A DNA stretch of 64,000 nt from Ophelia neglecta (lineage: Eukaryota): assembly GCA_965285935.1 (NCBI GenBank), contig OZ260663.1, positions 26,598,001-26,662,000 on the forward strand, written 5' to 3'. Under the pieces are notes generated by a model. It was not told the DNA's origin. It saw only the letters and a list, made by a program, of their open reading frames with translations, and ran no database searches. The translations under genes and the position numbers were made by a program. Shown in pieces: positions 1 through 11,189 of this stretch; position 1 is the stretch's first letter, and each line of letters begins with the position of its first letter.

Positions 1-55
1 GTCAGGACCTGGCAGGACCTGGCCGGTATGTGCATGGAAGGGTAGGTTAATACGA

Positions 56-3000
56 TTAATTTGAGTTAAGAGACTGTACGAAAGAACAGACATAGCAATT
101 CATCACATTACATTCATAACTGTATCTCTGCAGGAGCGCTCTCTTAGCGTATGTTTTATTAACCTTTACAAGGTCAAGGTTGGGCATATGTATATTGATA
201 AATTTAATCATTTCGTTTATTTTATACATAATCGATTGTTTTTTTATATTGGTTCTTGCAGGTTCTAATACTAGTTGAGTTCTGTTTCTTGTACTGTATC
301 TATGAGTAGCTCTGCAGGTATTAAGGCGAGTGACAAAATATTCAGGGCATTCACGGCGTGAGGCGTTCGTATACAGTTTGATCAGCCCCAAAATGTAAAG
401 GTCGTGAACTTTTAATATCCCCAGACCCTTAAAAATGGGCTCAGTATGAGCCATGAAATAAGATCTGTTTATAATTCTCATTGAGCGTTTTTGTAAGCCA
501 AACACCCTATCAATATTAGTCTGACTACAATTGTTATACCACGCAAGTAAGCCGTATGAGATCTGGGATTGGATGAGTCCATAATAAATTAACTTAAGAA
601 CATAGGTAGGGATCTTGTGCTTGATATAAATCAGGATGCCATTAATTTTTGCTATTTTATTACACTTAGTGGCTGTGTTAAATTTCCAGTTTAAATGTTC
701 ATCCAGCCAAATGCCTAAAAATTTGAATTGAGGGACTTGTTCAATAATTTGGCCGTCAATAGCTACTGACAGTGTACGGTGGTAATTAGGTAGAGTTTTA
801 TTATGATTACGAAAAATCATATATTTCGTTTTCTTTGTGTTAAGAGACAGTTTATTGGCCTTAAGCCACGAGTATACGTTGTCAATTTCAATGTTCATAT
901 GCATATAGAGATCAATTATGTCCTTATTTAAGAAAGCCATACTTGTATCGTCAGCGAATAGAATTGTGCGTGTGTTGTTGGGAGATTTATAAAGATCGTT
1001 GACATAGATTATGAATAGAAGTGGCCCCAAGATAGATCCTTGGGGCACACCGCATTTTAAAGATTGCATAGAAGAAATTGTTTTGTCGAAAAGAACAAAC
1101 TGTTTACGGGAAGATAGGTAGCTTTCAATAAGTTTTTTGCAGGTCCCTCGTATGCCGTAGTGGTCCAATTTATGTAATAATATGTTATGGTCTAGCGTGT
1201 CAAACGCCTTGGACAAATCTAGAAATATAGTAGCAACATATGACTTTTCATCAAGACCTTTAACAATAACGTCTATTAATTCGAGCGCCGCGTGCACGGT
1301 AGAATGGTGAGCTCTAAATCCATACTGGGATTTGTAAAGTAGATTAGACCCAGACAGAAAGTTTGTAATCCTATTATAGATCAACCGTTCAATAATCTTA
1401 GATACAGCAGGCAGGAGAGAGATGGGACGATAATTCGTAAAACTTGTAGGATCACCATCTTTGAATATAGGGAGTATTTTGGCAATTTTGGCCGAATTAG
1501 GGAAAACACCATTCAGAATCATTGAATTGAAAATATGAGCTAAGATGTTTTTAATTGGGTCAGCGGTGAGTTTTAGAAGTTTGGGGGTAATGTCATCGTA
1601 TCCGGAACTCATCTTAGGTTTCATGGCCGCCACAATCTTCATAATTTCAGTGGCATTCGTTTCGCGCATAAACATACTGTTGACAGACGGATTAGAAAGG
1701 TATTGTTTAAAATCAGTCGCCGAGGTAATATTTTCGGCTAATTTTGACCCAATCTTGGAGAAAAACATATTAAAGTTATTAGCAATCGTAAGAGGATCAG
1801 ATATTTTTTTCCCTTCAATGTCAAAGAATATATCTGGTAAGCTACCTTTCTGTCCTCTATTAATAAGCAGATTAATGTTATTCCATATATGTTTAGTGTT
1901 ACCTATAGATTCATTGAATTTAGCATTCCAGTAAGTTGTCTGAGCAGCAGCCATAACTTTATCCAATACACTGCGATAATCATTAAAGGTTCTATTCATG
2001 GCCTCATACTGTGGGGTATTCCTACTAAGCGCACGTCGGCGTCCAAGGTAGTCACGTGTATGAATAGACTTTAAAATGCCTCGAGTAGCCCAGGGGTTGA
2101 TTTTATGTTTGTATTTATTGAAGCGTACAAGCTTTTCCGGAATGACATCGTCCAAGGTGCTTTTATAAATGTTTAAGAACGCATCATATGCCTCTTCCTG
2201 ATTTTCATGCACAATTTCAGTAACCGTGGACCAGTCTACAAACTTCAAGGCGTCAGCGAAATTTTTTATATTGGCCTCCGTAAATGCACGGTATTTGACA
2301 AGTTTATGGTGGGAATTTTGTTTTGGGAGTTGGTCATGTAAGGTTACGAAGTTAGGGTAATGATCAGATATGTGAGTGAGCAGCGTCCCTGCTGTCGCAA
2401 TCATCGACGGGTTATACTTTAAGAATATGTGGTCGATGAGGGTAGCTGAAGAAGCGGTAACCCTAGTGGGTAATGTAATAAGGGGAATGAAACCATTAGA
2501 GGTGAGCATGTCTAGGTATTCTTTAGAATCATTATTCATGTTTGTATTAATGAGGTCTATATTCATATCGCCACAGATAATACATTGTTTCCCCTCACTT
2601 TCTATTCGAGAGATTCTATTTTCAAGATCTGCAGTAAGCTCTCGTACATTATTTTTACTGGGGGATCTATAAACATTGCCGAGAACTAAAGGTTTCTGTG
2701 TTTTTTTCAATGGCATTTCAATGAATAAACCGTCATAATAATTATCCCATTGGCGATCAATGCTTAGATCACCTCTGACTTTAAAGTCCAAGGATTCCCG
2801 AACATAGATACATAGCCCCCCACCCTCCTTTTTATTTGGTTTGTGTTTACTTATGAGGGTGTAGCCCGGTATTTGGACAACTTGTTCCAGCGTATCGTTC
2901 AACCAGGTCTCCACTATGGCTAGGACATCAATTGGAAAGTTATAACAGGTCTGAAATTCATGTACAAGTGATAATACCTCATTAAATTTGCTAGGTAGGC

Positions 3001-3208
3001 TTTGGGCGTTTAGGGTCAGTAGAGAAAGGGAATTGTTTTCTAGAGCAGTTGTGCACACTGGCCCCATGTCACCCCGGGAATAGTAACGAGAAACACCCTG
3101 CCAGTCAATTTCATTATCGTCAGTTTCAGGAGCCATGGTTAATGAATAGGGGTAGCGTATAAGTCCAAGCCATGTCAATACATTGTATTTCACAGTTTTT
3201 AGCGCCAT
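56..3208 (-). CDS. LINE ORF2: AP endonuclease + reverse transcriptase
   Basis: APE motifs LNAQSL, ETWL, YRSP, GDMNID, IDHIF, SDHYP; RT motifs NYRPISLL, QYGFR, DLSKAFD, GVPQGSILGP, FADD, KFLG; C-terminal CNVMNCYVC. No internal stops. The true start may be M25 (ATG at 3136, accATGG context). Confidence 0.97.
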   Translation of the reverse strand: MALKTVKYNVLTWLGLIRYPYSLTMAPETDDNEIDWQGVSRYYSRGDMGPVCTTALENNSLSLLTLNAQSLPSKFNEVLSLVHEFQTCYNFPIDVLAIVETWLNDTLEQVVQIPGYTLISKHKPNKKEGGGLCIYVRESLDFKVRGDLSIDRQWDNYYDGLFIEMPLKKTQKPLVLGNVYRSPSKNNVRELTADLENRISRIESEGKQCIICGDMNIDLINTNMNNDSKEYLDMLTSNGFIPLITLPTRVTASSATLIDHIFLKYNPSMIATAGTLLTHISDHYPNFVTLHDQLPKQNSHHKLVKYRAFTEANIKNFADALKFVDWSTVTEIVHENQEEAYDAFLNIYKSTLDDVIPEKLVRFNKYKHKINPWATRGILKSIHTRDYLGRRRALSRNTPQYEAMNRTFNDYRSVLDKVMAAAQTTYWNAKFNESIGNTKHIWNNINLLINRGQKGSLPDIFFDIEGKKISDPLTIANNFNMFFSKIGSKLAENITSATDFKQYLSNPSVNSMFMRETNATEIMKIVAAMKPKMSSGYDDITPKLLKLTADPIKNILAHIFNSMILNGVFPNSAKIAKILPIFKDGDPTSFTNYRPISLLPAVSKIIERLIYNRITNFLSGSNLLYKSQYGFRAHHSTVHAALELIDVIVKGLDEKSYVATIFLDLSKAFDTLDHNILLHKLDHYGIRGTCKKLIESYLSSRKQFVLFDKTISSMQSLKCGVPQGSILGPLLFIIYVNDLYKSPNNTRTILFADDTSMAFLNKDIIDLYMHMNIEIDNVYSWLKANKLSLNTKKTKYMIFRNHNKTLPNYHRTLSVAIDGQIIEQVPQFKFLGIWLDEHLNWKFNTATKCNKIAKINGILIYIKHKIPTYVLKLIYYGLIQSQISYGLLAWYNNCSQTNIDRVFGLQKRSMRIINRSYFMAHTEPIFKGLGILKVHDLYILGLIKLYTNASRRECPEYFVTRLNTCRATHRYSTRNRTQLVLEPARTNIKKQSIMYKINEMIKFINIHMPNLDLVKVNKTYAKRALLQRYSYECNVMNCYVCSFVQSLNSN

Positions 3209-3563
3209 TGGTTTTGCCTAGACCAGCACCAATAAACTTAAGCAGAATACGCGTACTAGCATTGTGTACCTTTGGGTAACAAGAATAAGGATAACTGTCA
3301 TATCCAACAGATTTGTATCTAGTTAAGTTACCATAAAGTGTTACGTTATATGTCACGGGGGCAAGTGATGATACCGATGTCAAGTAGTTGTTGGATAAAC
3401 ATGCGGCAAAGCATGCCCAATTAAACTTATTATCGTGGGTCGACTCAAAATTGTGAAAAGGGGATCTTGTACAAATGATACCTAAGAGAAAAGGAGAATT
3501 ATAGAATACACGCTTGTGTGCGAAAGGGTGCAAGAAATGTGTAAATAACAATATGCAAGTCAT
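3126..3563 (-). CDS. Putative third (inter-ORF) ORF of the LINE, 145 aa from first ATG, unknown function
   Basis: Frame is open from 3653 to the TGA at 3126-3128 (176 codons) in AT-rich DNA. First ATG at 3563. Overlaps the ORF2 start in another frame. No recognised domain. Confidence 0.4.
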   Translation of the reverse strand: MTCILLFTHFLHPFAHKRVFYNSPFLLGIICTRSPFHNFESTHDNKFNWACFAACLSNNYLTSVSSLAPVTYNVTLYGNLTRYKSVGYDSYPYSCYPKVHNASTRILLKFIGAGLGKTNGAKNCEIQCIDMAWTYTLPLFINHGS

Positions 3564-3724
3564 AATTAGCACGTTCAGAGTGCCAACAAAATGAAAATAG
3601 AATATAATATACAATTTGGCATTGAAGGGGAAGTGTTCATTATATACAAAATTCTAGTTGAGCAGACAAAACATGTAATTAGCCACACCAGTAATATAGG
3701 TCGTACAGCAGTAGATTATTACCG

Positions 3725-4681
3725 TTAGATGGATGTTACCGGGGAAGTTGGTAATCCACTTGGTGTAATGGTGGGTCTGTCGGAGAGCGGTCCGGGGCTA
3801 GGTCGAGTGTTCAGTTTCTTTTGGGCGCTGGTCAGTGGGGAACCACCCAGACTTCCTGACGAGCTTCTATTCCTTTTAGTTGTATCCGTCTTTGGGTTGC
3901 TGTTGTTCATTTCCTGGCAGTCTTCACCTTGTAAAGTAGGGCGTGGTTGATCACTAAGCAGAGCATCTCGAAACGAGCTCGGGGGACGATAGGAGATTTC
4001 TCTGGCTATTGTATTTGGCTTGACTATATGCGATCTGCCCCCGATCACAGCAAAAATTTTGCCATTGTGCGCGTACGACTTTTCAATTGAACCGGCCTCA
4101 CGGAGTTTCTTTAAGAGAGCAGCATTCTGTGTGGTTATGTCCTCGTTTATATATATTTTCTTTAGGTTTAAAGCGTTGTTCTTTTTGTCTTTTTTTATTA
4201 TATCCGACTTGGCCTTCAATACATTCACCTTGGTTTTTATTTTGGTGAACTTGCAAATAATGGCAGGATGTGAATTTTTATTCCTTTGAGTGGTAGACCT
4301 GGGTAAGCGGTGAGCTATGTCGATGTCATCCTCATCAAAAGCCATTTTGAGCGTTTCTCTGAAAATTTTCAAGCACTCGGTAGCTGTCATATCATCGGTT
4401 TCTCCCTCAACCATGGGCACACCATGAATGCGTATGGCAGTTTTTCTAGACCAAGCTTCCAAATCATTTAGGTCACATTTAAGTTGTTCCACATCAGCAG
4501 TTAGAGAATCAACCTTGGCTTCAAGGGTTTTCACAGTTTTCTGTGTGGAAGCAATGTCAGTATTCATATCCTTTTTCAGCTCTTGGCTAAAAGCCTGCAT
4601 AGCAGCTTTCACAGCTATGTTAACCATCTGTTGCAACTTTTCGTCGGTAAGGTTATATGCCACCTGTTCACCATCTCCCAT
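3725..4681 (-). CDS. LINE ORF1, L1-type (coiled coil + RRM + CTD) RNA-binding protein
   Basis: Heptad coiled coil followed by LEAWSRKTAIRIHGVP, DIDIAHRL, AIICKF and IYINEDIT, matching L1/Transposase_22-like ORF1; Ser/Pro-rich tail. Confidence 0.92.
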   Translation of the reverse strand: MGDGEQVAYNLTDEKLQQMVNIAVKAAMQAFSQELKKDMNTDIASTQKTVKTLEAKVDSLTADVEQLKCDLNDLEAWSRKTAIRIHGVPMVEGETDDMTATECLKIFRETLKMAFDEDDIDIAHRLPRSTTQRNKNSHPAIICKFTKIKTKVNVLKAKSDIIKKDKKNNALNLKKIYINEDITTQNAALLKKLREAGSIEKSYAHNGKIFAVIGGRSHIVKPNTIAREISYRPPSSFRDALLSDQPRPTLQGEDCQEMNNSNPKTDTTKRNRSSSGSLGGSPLTSAQKKLNTRPSPGPLSDRPTITPSGLPTSPVTSI

Positions 4682-7008
4682 GTTGCCGTATGAAAATGAT
4701 CACAAAATTGCCTAATTGAGGCACTAATTCTTAATAATCCTTGATGGAAAGCCGCTCCTGTTATTCACGCACTTGTTCCCCTATTTTGCCGTGAGATGAA
4801 TCACAAAAACATAAGTAAAATGATGAAAAAAGGGAGAGAGATGGATAGTGATGCCCAAACAGTTGGCGCATGCGTGTCGCATGATGAAAAGAAGTGGCAA
4901 TTCGGTACTACGTGTATCTCATTTCAAGAACAAAAGTAGATATTGAAGTACTGTATTACAAGTTCAATAGGCTTGCCCTCAATGGCCATTTAAAACCTCA
5001 CCTTCAGCATTAATTGGTAATCAAAGTTTTCAACTGTAAATTTGATACACCACTTACTAGTTTCCGTATTTTATATATCCCATTCCCTTTTAAAATTCGA
5101 CAGTTGTCAATTAAACTTTGAAATGCCAAGATTGCAATCAAGTATTCCATAATTACTATTGAATTTTACTTTTTTACATATGATGAAAAAACTCTTCCAT
5201 ATTTAAGTATTTATTTAATATCAATTATGCTAGCAGAGGAACGAAAGGTCCTTAATTCGGCAACAATGGCCGGTGCACATTTGACTGAGAGCCAAGAAAT
5301 ATTTGTCTTATGTACGCTTTACTAAGGTCAAAAATGTCATCGGTAGTTGATACACTGAATAAACAATGCACGAAAAACTACGTTAACTTTTTGCTTAGAC
5401 AAATAACTTTACCAGTATTCGGTAGAGGTAATAGATTTATATAGCCTATACCTGTGAATGGACTGACTGGGATAGGCGAAAAATTCTTCACGACCGTTGC
5501 TTGCCATCCATTGTGAAAAATCTGCCGCTAGTTCAACATTCGAATAATGGTAACCAGTCAAAGGGAGAAGTAAGATAATTCTGTCGACAGTATTGACTTC
5601 GTCTGGCGGATAAATGGCTTTAACTAGATTGCCAATCCATGGAGATAGTATGGCTAAATACTTTGATGAGTTTAAAGAATAACTAAGATCGCCTAGCTGA
5701 AAAGTTAACAGTACATAATCCATCTAACTGTAACTATATTACAACACTGCTTCTATTCTTGGGATTAAAAAAATATTTACATTTATTGGAAATAGAGTGA
5801 ATCTATTGCGGGTGAAGGAGTTTGAATATTAACTAAAAGGAATTCTCACCATGATCTCCATTACGACTTGGAATCTACCTATCGGCAAACATATTCTCTG
5901 TGTATATCAGGATATAATCCAGGTGTTTTTAACAAACTATTATAGGAGTATTCACGGGACACTAGGCTATAACATTCAACTCTACCTGGGTTATCTGAAT
6001 TCTGGTTAAAAAATGCTAATCTCTGAATTCTGCCTGATGGCTGCAAATAATATGTGATGTAATAATATAGTACAATGGTTAAGCAGGTTGAATCTCCCAA
6101 TTTCTTGGTGTTAAAATTGATAGTAAAGTGCATTTGGTTAGTAAATTTACATCACGTAGGTGCAAACACATTACACATTGTTCGATACACTTGGTAAACC
6201 AGACAAGTCGTTTTTAATCACCATAGCTGACAGAAGTGTTTTGCACCTTTGAAGGAGGTCACCTACTTTTCTCCATAATCGTCCCCCACCCCCACACACA
6301 CACCCACGCACTCCCTTAGGGATAAGGCAAAGTGAAATTTTTAGTTCCATGATTAATCCATAAGAAACTATTATCCAAATTTGATATACGGGAGACAGTC
6401 CGGAGAAGTGAAAACATGGTTTTAAATTAGCGGGGAGACACAAGCTAGTCTATTTACATGTATATGGCTATTGAAACTCTATGTACATGTATGTGTATAT
6501 GGCAATTTAAAACAGAATCTATGACGGTCAATTGACGGTTATAATTGTTATTTTCCAAATTTCCTGGCTGACCTTAACATGAGATGCACGGGAGTGGGAT
6601 TTATAAAACCGCGGAGGTGCAGATTCTATCTGGAGGGGAGGACATGGGTATTTCTAGGTGGTACAGAGCAAAAAATCGTCAGCAATGTCAGGTTGTGTGT
6701 TGATTTGGGGTTAAGGAAAGGGTTTGGGGCAGGTTTAATAGAACTAGTGCTCTGTGCTAATTTTGGGATTTACCTCCGCAAGGCTCCCCGCCTCCGCTTT
6801 TAATCAAAAGCCGATTGACATGGGGTAAAGGAGCTTTATTAAAATATGTGGCATATTAAAAAGCTTGATAAATAGGTAGTTGGGCGGTTATTGCACCTCC
6901 TGTGCCCCTCTCTTTCTTGATGATGAAAAGCTGCTTAATAATTACCGTCGATATTGTGGTGCAGGATTTTGCATGAATATTCATGGTGGCCTTTTATTTT
7001 TTTGTCAG

Positions 7009-7121
7009 GTCGAGGACACTAGAAACAAAGTAGGCGAGTTTTTCAATCTGCCAATTGAGACCAAGAAGGCTTACCAACGGACCTCGTCTAACACCGGCTG
7101 GCTGGATCTAAAGGATGGGAA
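7009..7121 (+). CDS. 2OG-Fe(II) dioxygenase (IPNS-like), first visible exon (DIOX_N part)
   Basis: Polypyrimidine-cag acceptor, gtgagt donor. Encodes VEDTRNKVGEFFNLPIETKKAY...NTGW, the FFxLPxExK motif of DIOX_N. Phase 0 in, phase 2 out. Confidence 0.88.
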
Positions 7122-7383
7122 GTGAGTTGTTCATTTAGATAAATGGACCATTATTGTTCATTTTTTGGATATGATTATTTTTAAAGTCATTTTTGGCCCT
7201 AAGTCGTTACTTTTCCCAGGCTCACTACAGGGACGCATTGACGCACTGGCAACATGTCGATTAATTTTGAAATCGCATCGTCCGTTGGTGCTTTGTTTTC
7301 GAATTTCATGGGGGTATTGACACAAGTACCAGTCTCATTCCACGGGGTCACCACCCATACACCACTGTGTTATATCTTCACAG

Positions 7384-7573
7384 GACGGCTTCACAGCGAC
7401 CGGGCGAGTTAAACAGGGAGAGCTACAACGTGATCCCTGGAATGGGAGACTCTTTAATCGGGCCAGACGACGTTGTCCCCGGATTCAGGCAAAACGTTCA
7501 CGAATTCTTCGAAAGATGCGATACCCTTGCATACAGGATACTGCAAATACTGGCTCTAGCTTTAGAAGTGGAG
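7384..7573 (+). CDS. 2OG-Fe(II) dioxygenase exon
   Basis: cag acceptor, gtaagc donor. Phase matches the previous exon (AA+G=K). Encodes RPGELNRESYNV...PGFRQNVHEFFERCDTLAYRILQILALAL. Confidence 0.9.
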
Positions 7574-8475
7574 GTAAGCAACGGCCGTCAAAGGTGTAGC
7601 CCTATTGTGTAACTCAATTAGATGTACAATGTATAAGCGCATTTCAGAGTAGTTATTGAGAGGGGAGGTTATACGCCATCAATCACAATTCTCAAATGCA
7701 AATTCTTATTTTTCTTAGTAGATAACAGTACATTAATGCTCAAACGTAATTTTTGCTTTTCTCACTTTTCAAAGCCCGTATGTCTCAATTTTCAGTCTTG
7801 AGAGTGGCCCCTTCTCAGGTATAACCTACACTCTTTTAACCATTACCTTGCACAAGCATGTGCCCTTGCATGTACATGCCTTGGTACACATTTATTGTCC
7901 ATTTCGGACATAAAATGCCAACTAACGACACAAGGTGCAAACTTCAGACGTAAAAGATTTAGGCAAGCCTGCAGGAACTGGCGGGTTGCGGGCATTTGGG
8001 AGCGGGTTTAAGGATGGTGGGGTGGGGACTGGGGCAAGAACGCTTAGGCAACGGGAGGGGCCATATGGTGGGGCGCCCGTGGTAAGCAGGGTGGACACGA
8101 TGCGTTGAGTGTTGGGGTAAGAGGGAGGCAGCATGATGGGTGGTGGCTTGATTTGAGATGCTTAGAGGGTGGATGAAGGCGGGGGGGGGGGGGGGGGGGG
8201 CAAAATCGATGCTAGATGGGTTGCCTGTTTTGTTCAAGTGTTTACTAGGTATATTATAACGAATCAAATAGGGCAAGCCAAATATGTGTGGAACAATGAG
8301 AATTGCTATAAGCTCTCGGTCTGCTGCAGTTAGAGCATGCCCTATTGGAGGCTCGCATATCCCCATGGGAACCTCAAGGGCGGGCACTATTTTCTTTCTT
8401 GTTACATGTGGTTAGTTGGGGCAGCGGCTGGACGTATTTATAATGTAATCGAAGCGTTGTCTCGTTTTTTTCTAG

Positions 8476-8566
8476 GAATTGGATATTTTTACGAGACATC
8501 GCGCGGAAACGGGAAGAAAAAATCGAACGACCTTAAAGTTTCTGCACTACCCGGCTGTTTTAACAG
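8476..8566 (+). CDS. 2OG-Fe(II) dioxygenase exon
   Basis: tttttctag acceptor, gtttgt donor. Encodes ELDIFTRHRAETGRKNRTTLKFLHYPAVLT (LRLLxYP-like motif). Phase 0 in, phase 1 out. Confidence 0.88.
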
Positions 8567-8761
8567 GTTTGTAAAAAACCCTAATATGTTTATCACAGAT
8601 ATCCCGTTTATCAAAAGTCAAATTCTTGAATCTGCTGGCAAATAGAATACGGGGCTCGTATATATTTATTGCTATATTCATAGCATTTTTTAATGTATGA
8701 TTTATAAATCTTCCATTACAAAAAATATATGAAGAGTTATGTTTGTTTTGAATGCTAGCAG

Positions 8762-8850
8762 ATCTTCGACCGGACCAGGTGAGGCTGGGAGAACACACCG
8801 ACTTCGGTTTTGTCACACTGCTGTTCCAGGACACCGTAGGAGGACTAGAG
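8762..8850 (+). CDS. 2OG-Fe(II) dioxygenase exon with the HxD iron ligands
   Basis: Encodes DLRPDQVRLGEHTDFGFVTLLFQDTVGGLE; gtaatt donor. Tandem TAGCAG acceptor gives a start at 8759 or 8762, both in frame. Confidence 0.93.
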
Positions 8851-9607
8851 GTAATTAAGCTACTTTAAGTGATATAATGGACAGTGAATGCTCTAATTTC
8901 GAATGGTCCTTTGTCGATTTCTCTAAGTCAGCGCCATGATACTTAGCCTTTCGTGAATTTTAATTATGTTAAAGTTGTCGTCATATGTTAACGACGTTAA
9001 TTACGGCTGTTCCGGAAATTGTCCTTGGGGGGGGGGGGGGGGGGGGGAGGAGGAGGGCGGCAACGTTAATCGCAAGTATACTATATAAATAAATATATAT
9101 ATAGCAAGGGGTATTTCCAAACTCATATCCGGGAGCAAGGAAGGCGAGCAAACTATCGAGTTCAAGTGAAGCTATGTTTATATAGCGAACATAAGGGATT
9201 TTTCGCGCTTTGCTGCAGAAGTATTTGCAAATTAATAAGCGGTAATCGGACGGGTTGGGTGGAGGGGGGGGGGGGGGGGCGATGGGGCCTGAGAGATATT
9301 AATCGGAATGTCGTGAATTTTTTTTGCAAATTGTAGCGAAAATGTGCAGGTTTTCGCGAAAATGTGCGCAGTTGCGGTTTTGTCTAATTCAAGCAGTAAA
9401 GAGTTGTTTAGGCGAGTTTATTTGAAGTCAGATTTTGCATACCACATTTTTTACTATACTGTGCGTGCCAAGCTTTATAAATCATAATACTGTTCACTTC
9501 TTCCACGCAATGTAACTTCTATGAATTGTTCATTCTAGTTTGAAGAAAATGTTTCTATACCAAGTTCCGCCTCAATCTTCTTATAAATAGCTATTTTTTT
9601 TCCTCAG

Positions 9608-9718
9608 ATTCAGACGCGAGACGGCGGTTGGATTCCTGGTACACCTATTCCTGGAACTCTATTAGTCAACATAGGTGACGCCATGCAGCGGTGGACCGCC
9701 AATCGACTAAAGGCTACG
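9608..9718 (+). CDS. 2OG-Fe(II) dioxygenase exon
   Basis: T-rich cag acceptor, gttagt donor. Encodes IQTRDGGWIPGTPIPGTLLVNIGDAMQRWTANRLKAT (VNxGD...WxN motif). Confidence 0.93.
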
Positions 9719-9879
9719 GTTAGTCTTTTTCACTGATCATATCAACTAGAACAATGTTTACTGTCCGACAGGTGTCAGCACCAATTTATTACATAGAACA
9801 CAGTCTATGTGGGATTTTGAAGAATTGGGCCCGAGTGGACAAAGTAGAGTATATGCCTAATATCCCAATTGGCTATAGA

Positions 9880-11010
9880 AGACTTCTACCTTAGCAGTCC
9901 AAGCGGACGTTAGTAAGAAAAAAAACTGCCAAATCCAAATCGAAGTATCCCCAGCATCGCTGCGTTTGTACATATGGCCAAGCGGTGAGCACAGATAATG
10001 GACCACTGTAATGGACAGCACCGCACGAGTAACGGACAAGAATCTGGGAAAACGAAAGCGGGAGAAACTGGGAAAATTAGTTAACGTTCTTTAACCGCGT
10101 TTGTTAATGGGTGCAAATAGTCCGGTGAATCCAACAGCGGACGCACATATCTTAAGCTTCGTGTTGGCTCAGCACCACTCTCCAAGATGGCCAAGGTGAC
10201 TTCCGGAAAGGTTGGCAAGTTGAAATTGAAGGCAAAAATTAAAAGTTAAAGCTTAAAGTTACAGAGGCTCCTCATGACATGTAAGACGGATACTGAGGGA
10301 GTGAGACAAGGACGTCGCGTTTATGTACCTCGGAGGATGTACGCCGCTGTCCGTGTCGGACTGGGTGAAAACCCCACTCTTATGTACGCTAGTTATACTC
10401 TTCTAATTATGTGTTAGTTTTGTCAGTCCGACTGCAAGTCAGGGCCACCAGACATCAACGGATGCAATCTGTCATTTATAGGACGAGGAGTTCCGAACAA
10501 ACGCATGCCTGGCGCACAACAACCGTATAAACAGCGGACGCCTTTTCCCGGTGGTGTCCGTTCTAAGATTTTGCATGCAGAAAACTTTCCGCCGGATTGA
10601 ACGGACCTATACCGACCTCGCCTGAAAAAGAAAGCATTCACATCACAAAAAAAGGAAAAGAAACGGATGCGAACAAAGACGAATGGATTGGAACTTTTGC
10701 ACTCCGTAGGCGTCCGTTAACGAATTATTAATGTACGTTTTGTCAGTCACGTGTCCTGAACAAATACGTTAGAAGAATATTTTGACCGCTTTCCCATGCA
10801 TTTCCCCTGTAATGTCTGTTACTCTGTGGTATCCCGTACAGTGGCCGGTTACTGTGCTGTACTTGCCACCCGATTGTTCGGCCATTGAGCACTTTTTTCC
10901 GATCCATATCCAGTGTTCTACCGGTCGTGAGAGACGATTTAATTCTTCTGGCAAGGTTTCTATCCTTAAAACATCCGTTAAACGCGATATGGGAAGGTGT
11001 GACTGCACAT
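9880..11010. mobile_element. Truncated non-autonomous PIF/Harbinger-like element
   Basis: Arms rich in ACGGA/TCCGT motifs. Right end ...GGTGTGACTGCACAT followed by TTA, resembling the TIR of the 17430 element. Internal ATG (10186) and a SDWVKTPLL MADF/Myb-like remnant near 10355-10385. Left TIR not found. Confidence 0.5.
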
Positions 11011-11189
11011 TTAAACGCATAGAAAACTAAAATTCTCCAGTCAAGAGCATTGTTCACCATCCCGTATACATATTATGAGGAAGCAAGGATAATTATCATG
11101 CATGGCTGGAAATAAACTTTCTTATCATAGTCTCTACCCCACATAAGAATTTTGTTGAAAACATGTCTCGCCATTCCACTTCATTTATT

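Larger units (their letters stand above)
1..4880 (-). mobile_element. Non-LTR retrotransposon (L2/Crack-type LINE), apparently intact; 3' UTR runs off the left edge
   Basis: Uninterrupted ORF1 (318 aa) and APE-RT ORF2 (1050 aa) on the same strand. ORF2 ends in a CxxxxCxxC motif as in Crack/L2-group elements. The 5' boundary is approximate, and the TSD cannot be checked because the 3' end is outside the window. Confidence 0.93.

Noticed and set aside
1545-4715. Plus-strand ORFs overlapping the LINE (e.g. 1545-1934, 2376-2672, 4428-4715)
   Set aside because: Antisense shadows of the real coding frames; no motifs.
6579-6803. ORF containing TGVGFI as the missing first oxygenase exon
   Set aside because: No IPxID or NHG motif, no convincing splice donor in phase, and it lies in a MITE-like inverted segment.
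7922-8387. Pro-rich minus-strand ORFs
   Set aside because: Produced by the G-rich intronic tract and the G20 run.
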